Shown here in pieces: positions 37,981 through 49,796 of a DNA stretch of 64,000 nt (the stretch's first letter is position 1; the number at the start of each line of letters is the position of its first letter). Source of the stretch: Mytilus californianus (Eukaryota); assembly GCF_021869535.1 (NCBI RefSeq), contig NW_026262723.1, positions 1,612,001-1,676,000 of the forward strand. The letters are read 5' to 3'. The notes under the pieces were generated by a model. It searched no databases. It worked only from the letters and a program-made list of their open reading frames with translations, and was not told the origin of the DNA. The translations under genes and the position numbers were made by a program.

Positions 37981-40697
37981 GTATGTCAGTTGTATTTATC
38001 AATACTTCTTTAATAGAATCAGAACTGCTTTTGATAGAGTAAATTTTAAATACAAAGGGAAATTTGAAAATCATATACCCAATGAAACAGACAACGACAT
38101 GGTAAAATATAAAAACAACGAAAGGGTAAAACGTGTTATCAAAAAGTAGAAAAATATCTTAAGAATGTTAGCCGAATACTTCTAAAACAATCATTTAAGG
38201 AAGGATCATTGATAGTATTAGTGTAATATTTCAATCAAACCTTTAGCTTTTCTCATCTTTGATGGTCAGGCAGAAACACTTATCAGTCCGATATAAAGGT
38301 GTTCCACAACTTAATTTGGAAAGACCTTATTTTTTCTTTAAATTTCCTTAATTTGCATATATCTTAAAGATTGTTACAGATAGAATTGATCTGAAATGGC
38401 AACGTGCACAGGAACAGATGACATAATTAATTATTTGTTATCAACCCTAATAAAAATTGTTTTCCTTGATATATTATACACAATTTTGAATAGTTATATT
38501 TCGAGAACAGGATGTAGTAAAGACATCGGACCTTAGACACAAAACTTTCCGACCATCTGCTCAAAAGTCATGACTAGATAATTCTTTAAAGTATAGTTTT
38601 TTGTGTATATCTTTGAAACGGTAACCGATATCAACCTACCATAAACTGCAAAAATTATCAGTATTTTAAGATCTTTAATTTGTGGTCAATGTCAAGGGCA
38701 TGAGAAAATTTCACCTTGAATTGCAAAGGGTACTATAACCTTGACCTTGTAACTTTTTAAAAGGTCAAGTGGTCCTAAGTTGAATGGTGGTAGTCCCATG
38801 TCTCTACGACTCCAGATCTCAAGTTCGGTTTTGCATCATATATTAAAGTATTCATTCATTGTGCCCTAAATGAGCTACGGAATTGCCCAAAGTGTTGTGA
38901 CACTGTTGTATTTCACATGCAGATCAGTTTACACTTTGCAGATTATTGATAACTGTAATCGTTTGAGAGGTATTGCAGTTTGACGGGTGGGGGGATATGT
39001 TTAACATGGCTATATGTTTTACTAAATACCATAAACATTTGACGAAAAACAAAGAAAAATAAGCAGTTTGAAATTTTCATGTTATACATTGACTTTGTAG
39101 TAACATTAACGATACCAATTATTCTGCACGTGATGTGCATTTCGACAATAAATTTCTCTGCAATGATGCTTGAGGCCAAAATATTTGAAATTCCAAAGCT
39201 TATTAAAAAGATGAATAGCTATAAACTAAAAAGGCCAAAAAGTATGACCAAAGCCGGGCAAGGAATCAGAGCTTTGTTTCGACAAATTCAGTAAGTTTCA
39301 TAAGTTCTATTTATAAAATTGATATTGCATCATTTTTTAGACTTTGCCAAATGGGGTCATGTGACATATCAATTGATTATTAAATGAGCTCTCTTCAAAA
39401 ATGAAAATTTTAATCCCCTTTATCATCCTAAAGAGAAGGGTGAGGTCATTAAGTGTACAAAATAAATCTTACTAAATGGTGGTGTTGTCGCATATCAAGT
39501 CTACATTACAAATATCATACTTCAAATCTCGACAATTTAAGTGGATAGGGTCATTAAGTGCGAAAATTGAAAAGTTTAAAAGGTATGCTTCCCGCATATC
39601 AAGTGAAAGGTCGTTAAGAGTACATTACAAATATCAGACTTTGAAGGGAAAAACCTTTCAAGTGTTTCACAATCAATTGAGATACTTGTTATATGATGAG
39701 TTTTCTCTCTTGTCATTCATCAACTTAGCGAGTGCACAAGTGTATTAGGACCTGACGCATCATGTGCGTTCTTCCCGGTTTCTGACGGGCTTCGTGTTTC
39801 TAAATCGTTGCTCTTGAGTATTAATTTGCAGAGTAACATTGTCGTTTTTGGAGGATGGTGGTAGCTTTGTCATGTTTTATTTTTTTTATTTCTTGTTGGT
39901 GTCTTTTCTCCTCTTTTCTAAGTAATTTCAAAATACTTCTTGAACAATCTTTTATTTTCTATTAATGAATACACTTATGTGGTATGAACCAAGTTGCAAT
40001 GCTTGCTTGAATATCAAAAGCCTCTACTTTGAATTGTTCATATGTTAATATTAAGTATATTGCTCAATACGTTCTTGCCTGGATTGCACTAGATGTTGAT
40101 TTAGCTCTCTGCTTTGCTAAACCAAATCATTTGAAGTTTTTTATCGACTTATCTGTATGAGGAATTTTGGAGTAAGAATATAACCTGGTCGACTTGGAGT
40201 GACAATAAGTTGTCCAGTAGAGTTAAATAAATTTAGCTATTAACTATTTGTCAGCTCGTTCGTTTAAGCTAAGGCTTAGCATTTAATTTCAGTTTATCTA
40301 TGGTTTTGCTGCTCAGATACTAATACATTCGTGCCTTGGTACAGTGTTTAGCGTACATAATGAGAATTGAGGTATCGGTATTGTATTGTTATATAACATC
40401 ATGGAATATCCATTTATAGTAACGGCATACTTTAATTGAAAAAAAAAAAAACGTTTATGAACTTGAAATAAGTTGATTGATAAACATATATATCTTTACG
40501 TATTTATTTTAAATCAACAATTTGTTAGTATTATTATTACTTGCAGATTTCTAAATGCAAAAATAAAAATGTGACAATGTAAAATCTTGGAATAAAAAAA
40601 ACAATACATACCTGAAATCAAATTTAATAATAAAAATGTCATTTGTATGCATATTGCATTTCTTTAATTCAACATAAAGTTTTATTTATTTTTGTAG

Positions 40698-40778
40698 GAG
40701 AACATCGAATATTATAGTAAATCTAAAAGACATCGAGATGAATCTCAAGGAAGATACTGAGAAACTAAACAATCTCAG
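40698..40778 (+). pseudogene. Candidate vestigial cytoplasmic exon of gene A
   Basis: Acceptor tttttgtAG and donor AG|GTAAAC. Phase 0 gives ENIEYYSKSKRHRDESQGRY*; phase 2 is fully open (RTSNIIVNLKDIEMNLKEDTEKLNNLR). Confidence 0.45.
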
Positions 40779-42665
40779 GTAAACTCAATGTGAAAGGCAA
40801 AAACACAGACGGAAAAGCTACGTCCTTTGAAAATGGAGGGGATTCAATGAAAGCGCGTGTAGAAAACCAAATAGGCGAATATCACTTAGGAAGATAGTTT
40901 TCTCTACCAAACAATAGTGTAAACCAAATAATATTCGCCAGCAATTTATTTCCATAACGCGAACATAAATCATAAACAAATGTTTCAAACGTGCATAAAG
41001 GTTTAAAATCGCGAAATTTATTGGACCAATAGTTGGCGGGAAAGGGATAAACTTTAAAAAGGTATGTATCTTTCTGTCAATAAACGCAAAGGCCTTCAGT
41101 TGATTAACAATGAATACACACAAAAAAAGAACATTACGTCGGACCATGATACTTAGAATTTTGGAAATAACCTGTAGAGAAAAAAATGCCACAACAGTTT
41201 TCAAAAGATACAAGCATTAATTAAATGGATTCCGGGTAAAAGGAGAACAACTGTTTAAAATGAATATTCATCAACTGCAGTTACATTTTTCTCAATAAGA
41301 TTGGTATGCATTATGCATGTCCTTTGCAATCTGTTCATTTATCTGTTTTCTTAATTTATTCATATAGATTTTTAATATATTAAGTAATGAAACTAATACT
41401 ACCGAAATTGATACTAAACCATGGCAAGCATAACATGAGTCCATTGATCACATGTGGGACATTATCGTGCAAAAAATTAATCAGTGAGAACCCAGATGTA
41501 CAACACTTGCTGAACCGATAAATGGCTTGATTCAGGAATGGCAGATGTTCCAACAATTTTAACTCTGACGTCTTGCTATGGGAATGAGAAGACGTTTAAA
41601 TAATTTGCACCGAAAATGATGATGGTATATCCCAAAAGGCTTTAGGTATTTTAAACGACATTACATATGGGAATATTTAGCTTAAGGAACAAAGCCGTGT
41701 TGCTAATGCATTTAAAAATATGAAAATGAAATGCACATTGATACTTTTCATTGGTATTTTATTGCCGTTTTTTCTACTGTAATAAAAATAGTCATATAGT
41801 TTACCCAACATATGGTTCAGTCTTGTTCCTTGGTATTAATACCAATTGTGATCTAGGTTTTCACTAAATATCAATAGATTTATAAGTTTATGATTTGGAT
41901 TGATCCATGTTGTTTAATACTAACGTTTCTTATTCTAAAATGAAGCTTTGCTGAAAACCCAGGTGGTTATTAACTTTTTTCAGAGTGTTAAAATATAATG
42001 CGATTTTGTAACTTTTAGTTTTTGTTGTTGTTGTACTTGGTTATACTGCCTTTTTATTCATATTCATAATGTAAATGTACACCATTTTTATACATTTTAA
42101 CATCAAATGAAATATTTTTATTTAAACGATTTACACAATGTTGCTCTTGTACATCGTTACATCTAAGCTCATAAAAACAAACATATCGTACCAATTTTGT
42201 AACTAACAAGCTGAAACCTCAAAATGTTTGAATTCGAATGAAACATATAAACCATGCACATATATATGTTATATATGTAATGATAATTTTGCTGCACCTA
42301 CACATACGTTATTTTTCCCAGTAAACTTTACCTTTAAAAACTTACAAAAATGCATTTCGAAGGTGTTAGATTTCTTGCATGAACCTTATAAGAAGGAATA
42401 CAAGTTGAATGACAGAAATGTATTTAGTAGTGTGTAGATTTCTTCCATTAAAATAAACGTAGGATTATGAGTTGCATTCCTAATAGCTACAAGAGTATGA
42501 CAGTCTTAAAAACAGACCAAGGCTTGGGGTAGCAAAATAATTAATGTTCTTATCTACTTCATATATAAAAAATGAAGAGCAACTCAAATAGTGTTTACTG
42601 CTCGTAGCAATTTGAAAATGTTAGGTAATCAAATGTTTGATAGTACGAAATAATGAAAATGACAT

Positions 42666-42707
42666 GCATCCGAAGCGCTTTTCTGGATTTTCTTTCATCG
42701 GGAACGC
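42666..42707 (-). ncRNA. Degenerate minimal type-I hammerhead ribozyme, family 2
   Basis: Minus strand reads gcgttc CCGATGA aagaaaatcca GAAA a gcgc t TC ggatgc: stem I pairs, palindromic aagcgctt stem III, UUC triplet; U4-to-C change and weakened stem II. Confidence 0.55.
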
Positions 42708-43033
42708 TCAAACCCAAATATTTGAAAGTCAAGAATGTATAAGAACCAAAACAGTTGAAGAGCTATATGACCAAAAAGGACCTAAACAGGTTTTTTGTAT
42801 TTTCAATAAATATGAGGTCTCCCAAAAAAATTATCAAAATTCAATACCATTTTTTTGTGGCAACTACATGCTTCAAAATTATTTATGTCAAAATAATCCT
42901 AAAAAATGGATAAAGGAATGCCAATTTAAAAAGGAACATTAATTGAACAGAAACAGAATAAAGGAGACAAACAATCAGCAGAGATTATCAAGTTCTCAAA
43001 TCGATATCATTTTCTTAAGTGACGACTAATTTT

Positions 43034-43039
43034 TTTATT
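43034..43039 (-). terminator. Candidate polyadenylation signal of gene B
   Basis: AATAAA on the minus strand ~49 nt after the TAA at 43088; AT-rich context makes a chance match possible. Confidence 0.4.
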
Positions 43040-43087
43040 CCTTTTCACCGAAATTGGTATATTGCAGGAAAAGTAAAAATGATAAAA

Positions 43088-43268
43088 TTATTCTAATTCA
43101 AGATAATGATCAACATCTTCTGAGTACTCTTCTATTTCATCCTCCTTAACACTTGTCTCGGTTCTGCTTGAAACTTCTGGTTCTAAGTAATATTCCTCAA
43201 TTTCTTCGTAGGTAGAAGTCTCGTTGTAAATATTTACATTGTTGATCTGTCCAGGTGCAGCAAGATAT
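43088..43268 (-). CDS. Gene B terminal exon: acidic, Tyr-rich cytoplasmic tail with an ITIM-consensus motif
   Basis: Acceptor catcacAG, phase-2 entry, YLAAPGQINNVNIYNETSTYEEIEEYYLEPEVSSRTETSVKEDEIEEYSEDVDHYLELE*: 7 Tyr and 18 Asp/Glu in 59 aa. Confidence 0.88.
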
Positions 43269-43547
43269 CTGTGATGTATGATTTTATTAGTTTAATACGT
43301 GTTATATTGGAATTACTAACCGTAAAATTTAACAGTTTTACAGATAATATGTTTTTAGAAAAAAATCTATTTGTATTATGTTGACACCGGCAACATATTT
43401 GCATTATATGGGCATGATGGTTATTAGAATTTGTCTGATATTTTTAATTATGCTATGTGAAAGCGTTTCAGATGACGTTTGTAAGTAACATATTTTGTAA
43501 AAAAAAAGTATTCTATTCAGAAATAAACAGAAATAAACACAAAATAC

Positions 43548-43575
43548 TTTCTTCGTCCGTTGTTATTAGTTGTTT
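43548..43575 (-). CDS. Gene B candidate 28-nt cytoplasmic micro-exon (xTTNNNGRRK)
   Basis: AG/GT bounded, phase 1 to 2; it can bridge the TM exon to the terminal exon in frame. Confidence 0.45.
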
Positions 43576-44238
43576 CTAATATTTCATTAATGAATATGAA
43601 AATTGAAACTACAAAAATGTATTCATACATGTTCTTTTCTGTAAGGATAATACACAAAATGCTAAGTCTTGAACTTGTTGCAGGTGTTAAAACATTCAAT
43701 ATAGTACAATTCGATCAATTATGAACTGAAATTAAAGTGTCTATTTCCTGAATTCAAAGTTTTCAAATTCATTCCTATCTGAAGGACCAGTCCTCAAATC
43801 TTCTCTTAAACGTACACCACACCTATTGCAATTACAACATTTATACTTTATGCTGGATAAACGTTGACGTCTTCATTTTCAACCTTCTCACTACATCTGG
43901 TAATATTTACCGTTCACGAATAATCATAATGACCATATGTTATATTTGATGTCTTGAATAACGACAATATCACTCTTCTACAAAAATTTTCACTCAAAGA
44001 GTTGATATACTGATAAGCTAAAAATATAAGTTTGAACCTGGACTGTTACTGTTACTGCATTGTGTCCAAGCTTATTTAACATAATGAACAGAATGCAAAA
44101 AGAGAGCACACCGATACGTTTTCCTAATAGGTAATGTATTTGAGGTAGTTAATATAAATCTTTAAACTTAGCAGATCAATCAACAATTATTCGTCATCAA
44201 TCTTCTTTCTTCTAAATAAGGAAAGAAAGCTGTCTTAC

Positions 44239-44261
44239 ATCATCGACAGATATATCTAATC
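44239..44261 (-). CDS. Gene B candidate 23-nt cytoplasmic micro-exon (GLDISVDD)
   Basis: Acceptor gtgtttgcAG, donor GTAAGA, phase 1 to 0. Confidence 0.55.
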
Positions 44262-46196
44262 CTGCAAACACATTCCATTTCAGTAGTGTTTTGTTTGTAA
44301 ATGACATTACATTAGGTGTCCTTACAAAAATCGTTGAAATGCTTAATTAACATATTGCACTTTTTCCAAATCTACTAATATCCAGTCCATCACAAATCAG
44401 TCGATTAAAAAACTGACAACGCCATGGCAAAACACAAACGAAGCACAACTGGAAGACAGTGTACAAAACTTAACATAGAAAACTTAAGACTGAGCAACAC
44501 GAACCCGACAAAAAAACCTGCGACGATCTCAGATGCTCCGGAAGGGTAAGTAAATTCTGCTCCACATTATATTATGGATCGAATGCGGTATACACCATTC
44601 ATTTATGTCGTGTACACAATCTGACTGAAATGCATTGCTATAGGACAAGAGTTTAGTTACATGTCATAAAAAGATTGAATTCGGGTGTATCTGATGAAGG
44701 TAAACTTAATTCGATTTTGGCGCGAATTTTAGTTTGGCATACTTTTGTTATCCCAAGACAGCATGTAAATATTGCTTATTTGTCATTAAGAAGGAAGGGT
44801 CAGAAGATTCCTGCTCCACAAGTGAAACCTGGAGTATATTTCTCAATACGATATTTCTGTGCTTGTTCTCCACTTCATGAATCATTCCTCGTAGATTGTT
44901 GCTGGGGAAAACTACGTAAAACAGAGGTAAAGTCATATTCGATGGTTTTATTCAATATTTTCACAATAACAATAAACAATACAACCGCATCGTTTTCCTT
45001 TGTTCGTTATGGAATTTTTAAAATGACAGCAGAAATTCTTCTAAAAAATATTTAAAATTACCATTTAAACAAAGTGTTTCCGATGTAATTAACATCCTAG
45101 TTACAAAAGGTTAACATGAGTTTAAAGATATAATGACCAGTACAAATGACTCTTCCTTAACCCTGCCACCGAAGAGATAAACGTTGAAACAAAACCAAAA
45201 TTATAAGTAACAATAATTGGTACAGATAGCCTTGAACATGTGTTTACTAGCTCTACATGTGGTGGGTTTAACAATTGCAATTACATGTGCACAATCCGGG
45301 ATGAAGGTCGGGAAATTTGGACTGCCACTATCAAATGAGGGTGTTTTGGACATGGACAGATATTTTACATTGCAGCAGGTAGACAACGGACCCTCAAAGC
45401 GTTGTAAGAGTTCTTAACCTACAGAGAGCATGGCACTCTCTCTACAAGAGGCATCGCATTTAACGTTCGATTCTGCAGACGTCGCTGCATACGTATACAT
45501 CCCGCAGAGTCACACGGATGTCCCACTTTGGCATGGGTTTTACTGCCGTTTGTAAAAAGGTCAAAAGTGACATCTTTTTTTATTCCGCAGTCACTATTGA
45601 AGGTATTTTCTTAATCATTTCTTAATTATACAACGGGGAATTTTTTTAAATACAATGTATATCAAAAATAATGCCAGTACCAAAGCACCGACTATTGAAC
45701 TGACGTCTGTGATGATACCATCAGACTAACAGTTTACCAGCAGTTGAATCAACACACAGTTCATCAACTAACAGAATGTTCACTTAGTATTTGTCTGCAA
45801 TGTTTGTTTGCAAAAAAAACAAACATGCACACGGTCAAAGAAATACAATAACGGTGTGTCGACTATCCATATCAACCTTAAAAATAACTCATTATCTTAT
45901 CTGACACAAAGATAATCTTTCAAATTACTCACATTGCTCTTGAGGCAGCAAGTAGTCTCTGTGTATCTATAAGAATGATGAGTATCATTATTGGTGATGA
46001 CGTTTTAAACAAACAACAAATTTGAAGATTTCTTTTTATTTTTATTTTGCATAAACATATTTTCTGAGTTCTGTGATTCTGAATAATCTATATTTAAAAT
46101 GTTGACATTCACTGTGATCATAACAGTCTTAGATGTATGTTTTATTCCGCGAGAAATATTTCTATTAATATATAATTGTGGTCTCATTTTGGATTA

Positions 46197-46620
46197 ATTG
46201 ATTGTTGGTTGCTAAACGTCCAGTGGCAACTATTTCATACATGTTCTGGACGAGAACAAATTAATCATAAATACAATAGGTAGGTCCGGAAATAAAATCC
46301 GTCCGTGACAAAGGTTGGGGAAATTTTTACTGCCACTGGAAAATGAGGGTATAGTTGATAAAGACAGAAATTTTGTCTTGCAATAGGCCACCTACGAACT
46401 TCTCAAAGAGTTGTTGCAAGGGTTCTTAACCTGTAAAAAGCGTGGCTCTCTCCTTACACAAGGTATCGGATTCAATGTCCCCATTCTGACCAGAAGTGGC
46501 TGCGGACTTGTACATCCCACGCAGCCAACAGACACCCAACTTCGGAAGGTGTTTTATCATCGACCGGAAGAAGACCAAAGTGACCATATTTCAATTCCCC
46601 AGGCCAGTCACTATTGAAGG
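46197..46620. mobile_element. Dispersed SINE-like repeat (ttgattgttggttgc...aacgtccagtggcaa family)
   Basis: Diverged copies at ~7705-8030 and 45290-45602 and end fragments at ~9172-9225, 25843 and 57435-57480. The (TTGA/TTGG)n end resembles a SINE tail on the opposite strand; classification is inference. Confidence 0.6.
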
Positions 46621-46903
46621 TCTCATTTTGGAAGAAAGGTATAAGAAAGATGGCCTTATTCAATTAGAAAATACAATTCTAAATTTTGATTTTGTATACT
46701 TCAGTTTTATGAATTTAACAAAGCCATAACACACTTAATCAATTGCAGTATACATCACTGACAAAATCATTGCAAACGAAAGAATACTGCAATCTTGTAT
46801 GATTCCAAGATGAAAGTATTCCCTTTTGAATAGATAAATCTTGATGTTTTTGGCCTCTATATTGGTTTGATAGGTTTAAGCTTTTACTTGTTATTAAACA
46901 TAC

Positions 46904-47011
46904 CTCGTCTTTGCCGGCAAATTAAGGCAATTGATAAAATAACTGAGACAACAAACAGCAAAGTTGCAAGTAATATCCAGCTTAACAGTCTAATGTTAAA
47001 AACATTAGAAC
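46904..47011 (-). CDS. Gene B transmembrane exon (GSNVFNIRLLSWILLATLLFVVSVILSIALICRQRR)
   Basis: Acceptor ttttttccAG, phase 1-1, 23-aa hydrophobic run followed by a RQRR stop-transfer, donor G|GTATGT. Confidence 0.92.
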
Positions 47012-48346
47012 CTGGAAAAAATGAATATCATGATCATTTTTTTTTAAAAGTTAATAAAAAGTTATATGTGTTTCTTTTAAACTAACTTAAATAAATACAA
47101 TGTATCGATATTTTTATGTTTGGTATCAAATTACCAGGAGGAAATTAACCTGCAACTTAATGAAATATATCTTTAGAGTGTATGAGAATGTAACTCGACT
47201 GCTACCAGTTTTACACATTCATACCATAACTGATGATCTTTTCATGACTATAGATTACAAGAAATAAGTACAGTTTAAGTAAAAATCTACCTTTTTAATT
47301 TTTTTGATTTTGTTGTGTAATTTTGAAAGGCGTTAAAAGATAAATTTAATAGAATGTTCAATTTGTCGTCGCCGAAATTCCGTTATCTTTTCCTCATCAA
47401 ATGCGACCACCAAAGAAATTTTACTTGCAATTAGTAACACGGCTGGTGCCACTAGTGAAGCACAAACTTCTTACCCTTACTTGAAGTACTCTATTTATAT
47501 TAAATAGTTTCGTGTTCTTATTGCTTTTGTAGTCAGTGTTATATTTGGTGCCTTTTTAATTTCATTACGTATATTCACTAAGAGACTTTCCGTTATTGTG
47601 TGTAGCCTTGATATGACTAATCAATGTTTTTTCTATGAGTAACATGGCTTATTTAAAGTTTCTCTTTTTGTCCATGGTGTTGATTGTTTTATTCGACAAG
47701 TTTTTTGGGATGCCTTATGGTATTTTCTGTCTTTTTGCTTTACCATTTAATAATTTAAAACACAGAAAAGACAACATTTGTGTAAGCTGCATATATGTAT
47801 TATTGGAGATTATTTGGAATAAGTACTATAGCAGGTCAGATTTTCCCCAATATTTCATACAGAATCATTGAATGTAGTAATACAGAGACTAGTTTTGGAA
47901 CTTTTTGAACTCATTTCTATACATGCTTACTCTGGGAATATTACACACTAGTACATAAAATACTACAAATACAAAAACTATCGTTTTATATTTTGTGTCA
48001 ACTTGGTGCCTTTTATGTTGTCTCATTGTACATGTATGAGTTTTCTTCTTGAATGAAGTCAGTATAAGTGCCTATAGCTATTTATAACTTTTTTTGGACT
48101 TTGGTGGGTAGTTGTCTTTTTGTAAACCATTTTCTATAATGTATATCTCGTAACTATGCATAAAATAAATACTGCTTAATGTGTTTATGATACTTCATAC
48201 TTTGAATCCAGGCAATATACGACAATTTAAGGAAAACAATTTATTTGAATGTATTTCTTCGCAAGTAGATATGTATGTTCGTTACAAGGAATGTGGTGTC
48301 TTATTTGTGACAGAGTGTTAATTTTTTAGAGAAAGTAAAGTAATAC

Positions 48347-48667
48347 CATTGTCATGATTGTTGAATTCAAATTCTATTTTCGTCGTTCCGTAATCATTAT
48401 CAAGCAAAATATAGCACTTAAATATGCCGTAGTCTTTGTTGATCACAGTGAGATTTGCGATGTACCCGTTGTGGGTTAAAATTTTCCCAAACATTCTTAT
48501 CACTAAAATATCCGTCGACATATTTTGGAAAAATCGTGTTGAGTTTGGAAGCAGCATATTTTTATAAAACCACTTCGGGTTGTACGGATTTTGCATTGAT
48601 AGAAACTTGGCAGATAATGTGATAGTTGTGCCCATTGTAATAATTTTGTCAATTACCACTGGTGGAC
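48347..48667 (-). CDS. Gene B exon: membrane-proximal Ig domain D5 (W and DYGxxxC present, B-strand Cys absent)
   Basis: Acceptor tttttcatctAG, 321-nt phase 1-1 exon, donor G|GTATTA. Confidence 0.9.
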
Positions 48668-49505
48668 CTAGATGAAAAACAAAATGATAAAACTTCCATT
48701 TCATTAAATACTTTTGATTTTATATATTTAATTACCAGAAACAAAATTATATACGCTGATTCGTTCACGCAAATTTAACGCGTTGTGGGTAAACTTGATC
48801 CATGCATCATTGGACTGATGAGATCATTGTTTCCACTTCACATTTTGAAAGCTTCTGTCTATATTCGTATGTTCATTTTTCAACACTATGTTCAGATTTA
48901 ATATATTGAATTTTTCATTATCCCATTTATCTAAGCTGCGATGCGAATAATATATCAATTAAGATATTCAGCTCTTTTTTAACGTACTGATACGGATTTT
49001 CTTTTCTGAACAAACGCAATTAAAACGGCAAGATGTTTTTAAATGTAAACATGCAGCAAAAAAAAATGTTATGAATTGCAAGAAAACGCCAAGATAAACA
49101 TAAAGAACATATTAATAAAAGAACCACTAAATTTAAATTGTCAAAGTACATTTTAAAGCTTACAAATCGTTTTGTTGTTGTTGTTATTGTTGTTGACAAC
49201 ACTGGCGCATTACTACATCAAGAAGTGCATGCAAATAGAATTATTGAATTTTTATATATTGAGTTAAATTAACATTCGGAGTTTTGTCCCAACAGCCATT
49301 TAACTAATTGATGCGAAAACGAATTGTTGAAAATGCTAACTCATTATCAAATGTACATAAAGATTATCAATTGTTGTACCTTAAATAGTGAGTTGAATCA
49401 TCATTCAGAGCTTTTGTACTTCAAGCCATGTTACAAAGTATTAAGAAGATTAATTGATGATTTCTTAACGTAGTTAATAATAAGACAAATAGATAAAATT
49501 ACTAC

Positions 49506-49796
49506 CTGTAACAATTACACTGGTAGTCTTATTTTGACGGAATATTTTTTGAGGATCTTGGTTCCATGCTACACATATGTATTCACCATTGTCCTCATAA
49601 TTACAAGAATCGATTGACAAAAATGAAACATTTCCTGTAATATTTCCTGCCACAGATCTTATATATGTACCATGAAATCTGTGCTCCCATGGAGAAAATC
49701 CAAATTCTGACATTTCGCCACTGACTTCGCATGATATAATGACTGAATCAGTGTTGTTGCAGATCACCTTATCATTCATATTAAGAATGGGAGCTC
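49506..49796 (-). CDS. Gene B exon: canonical I/C2-type Ig domain D4
   Basis: VIISCEV...PWEH...LSIDSCNYEDNGEYICVA carries the C-W-DxGxYxC signature; acceptor attccAG, donor G|GTAGT, phase 1-1. Confidence 0.95.

Noticed and set aside
44748-44936. Minus-strand ORF as a gene B cytoplasmic exon
   Set aside because: Its open phase (2 to 0) does not fit the flanking phase-1 donor or the next exon, and the other phases contain stops.
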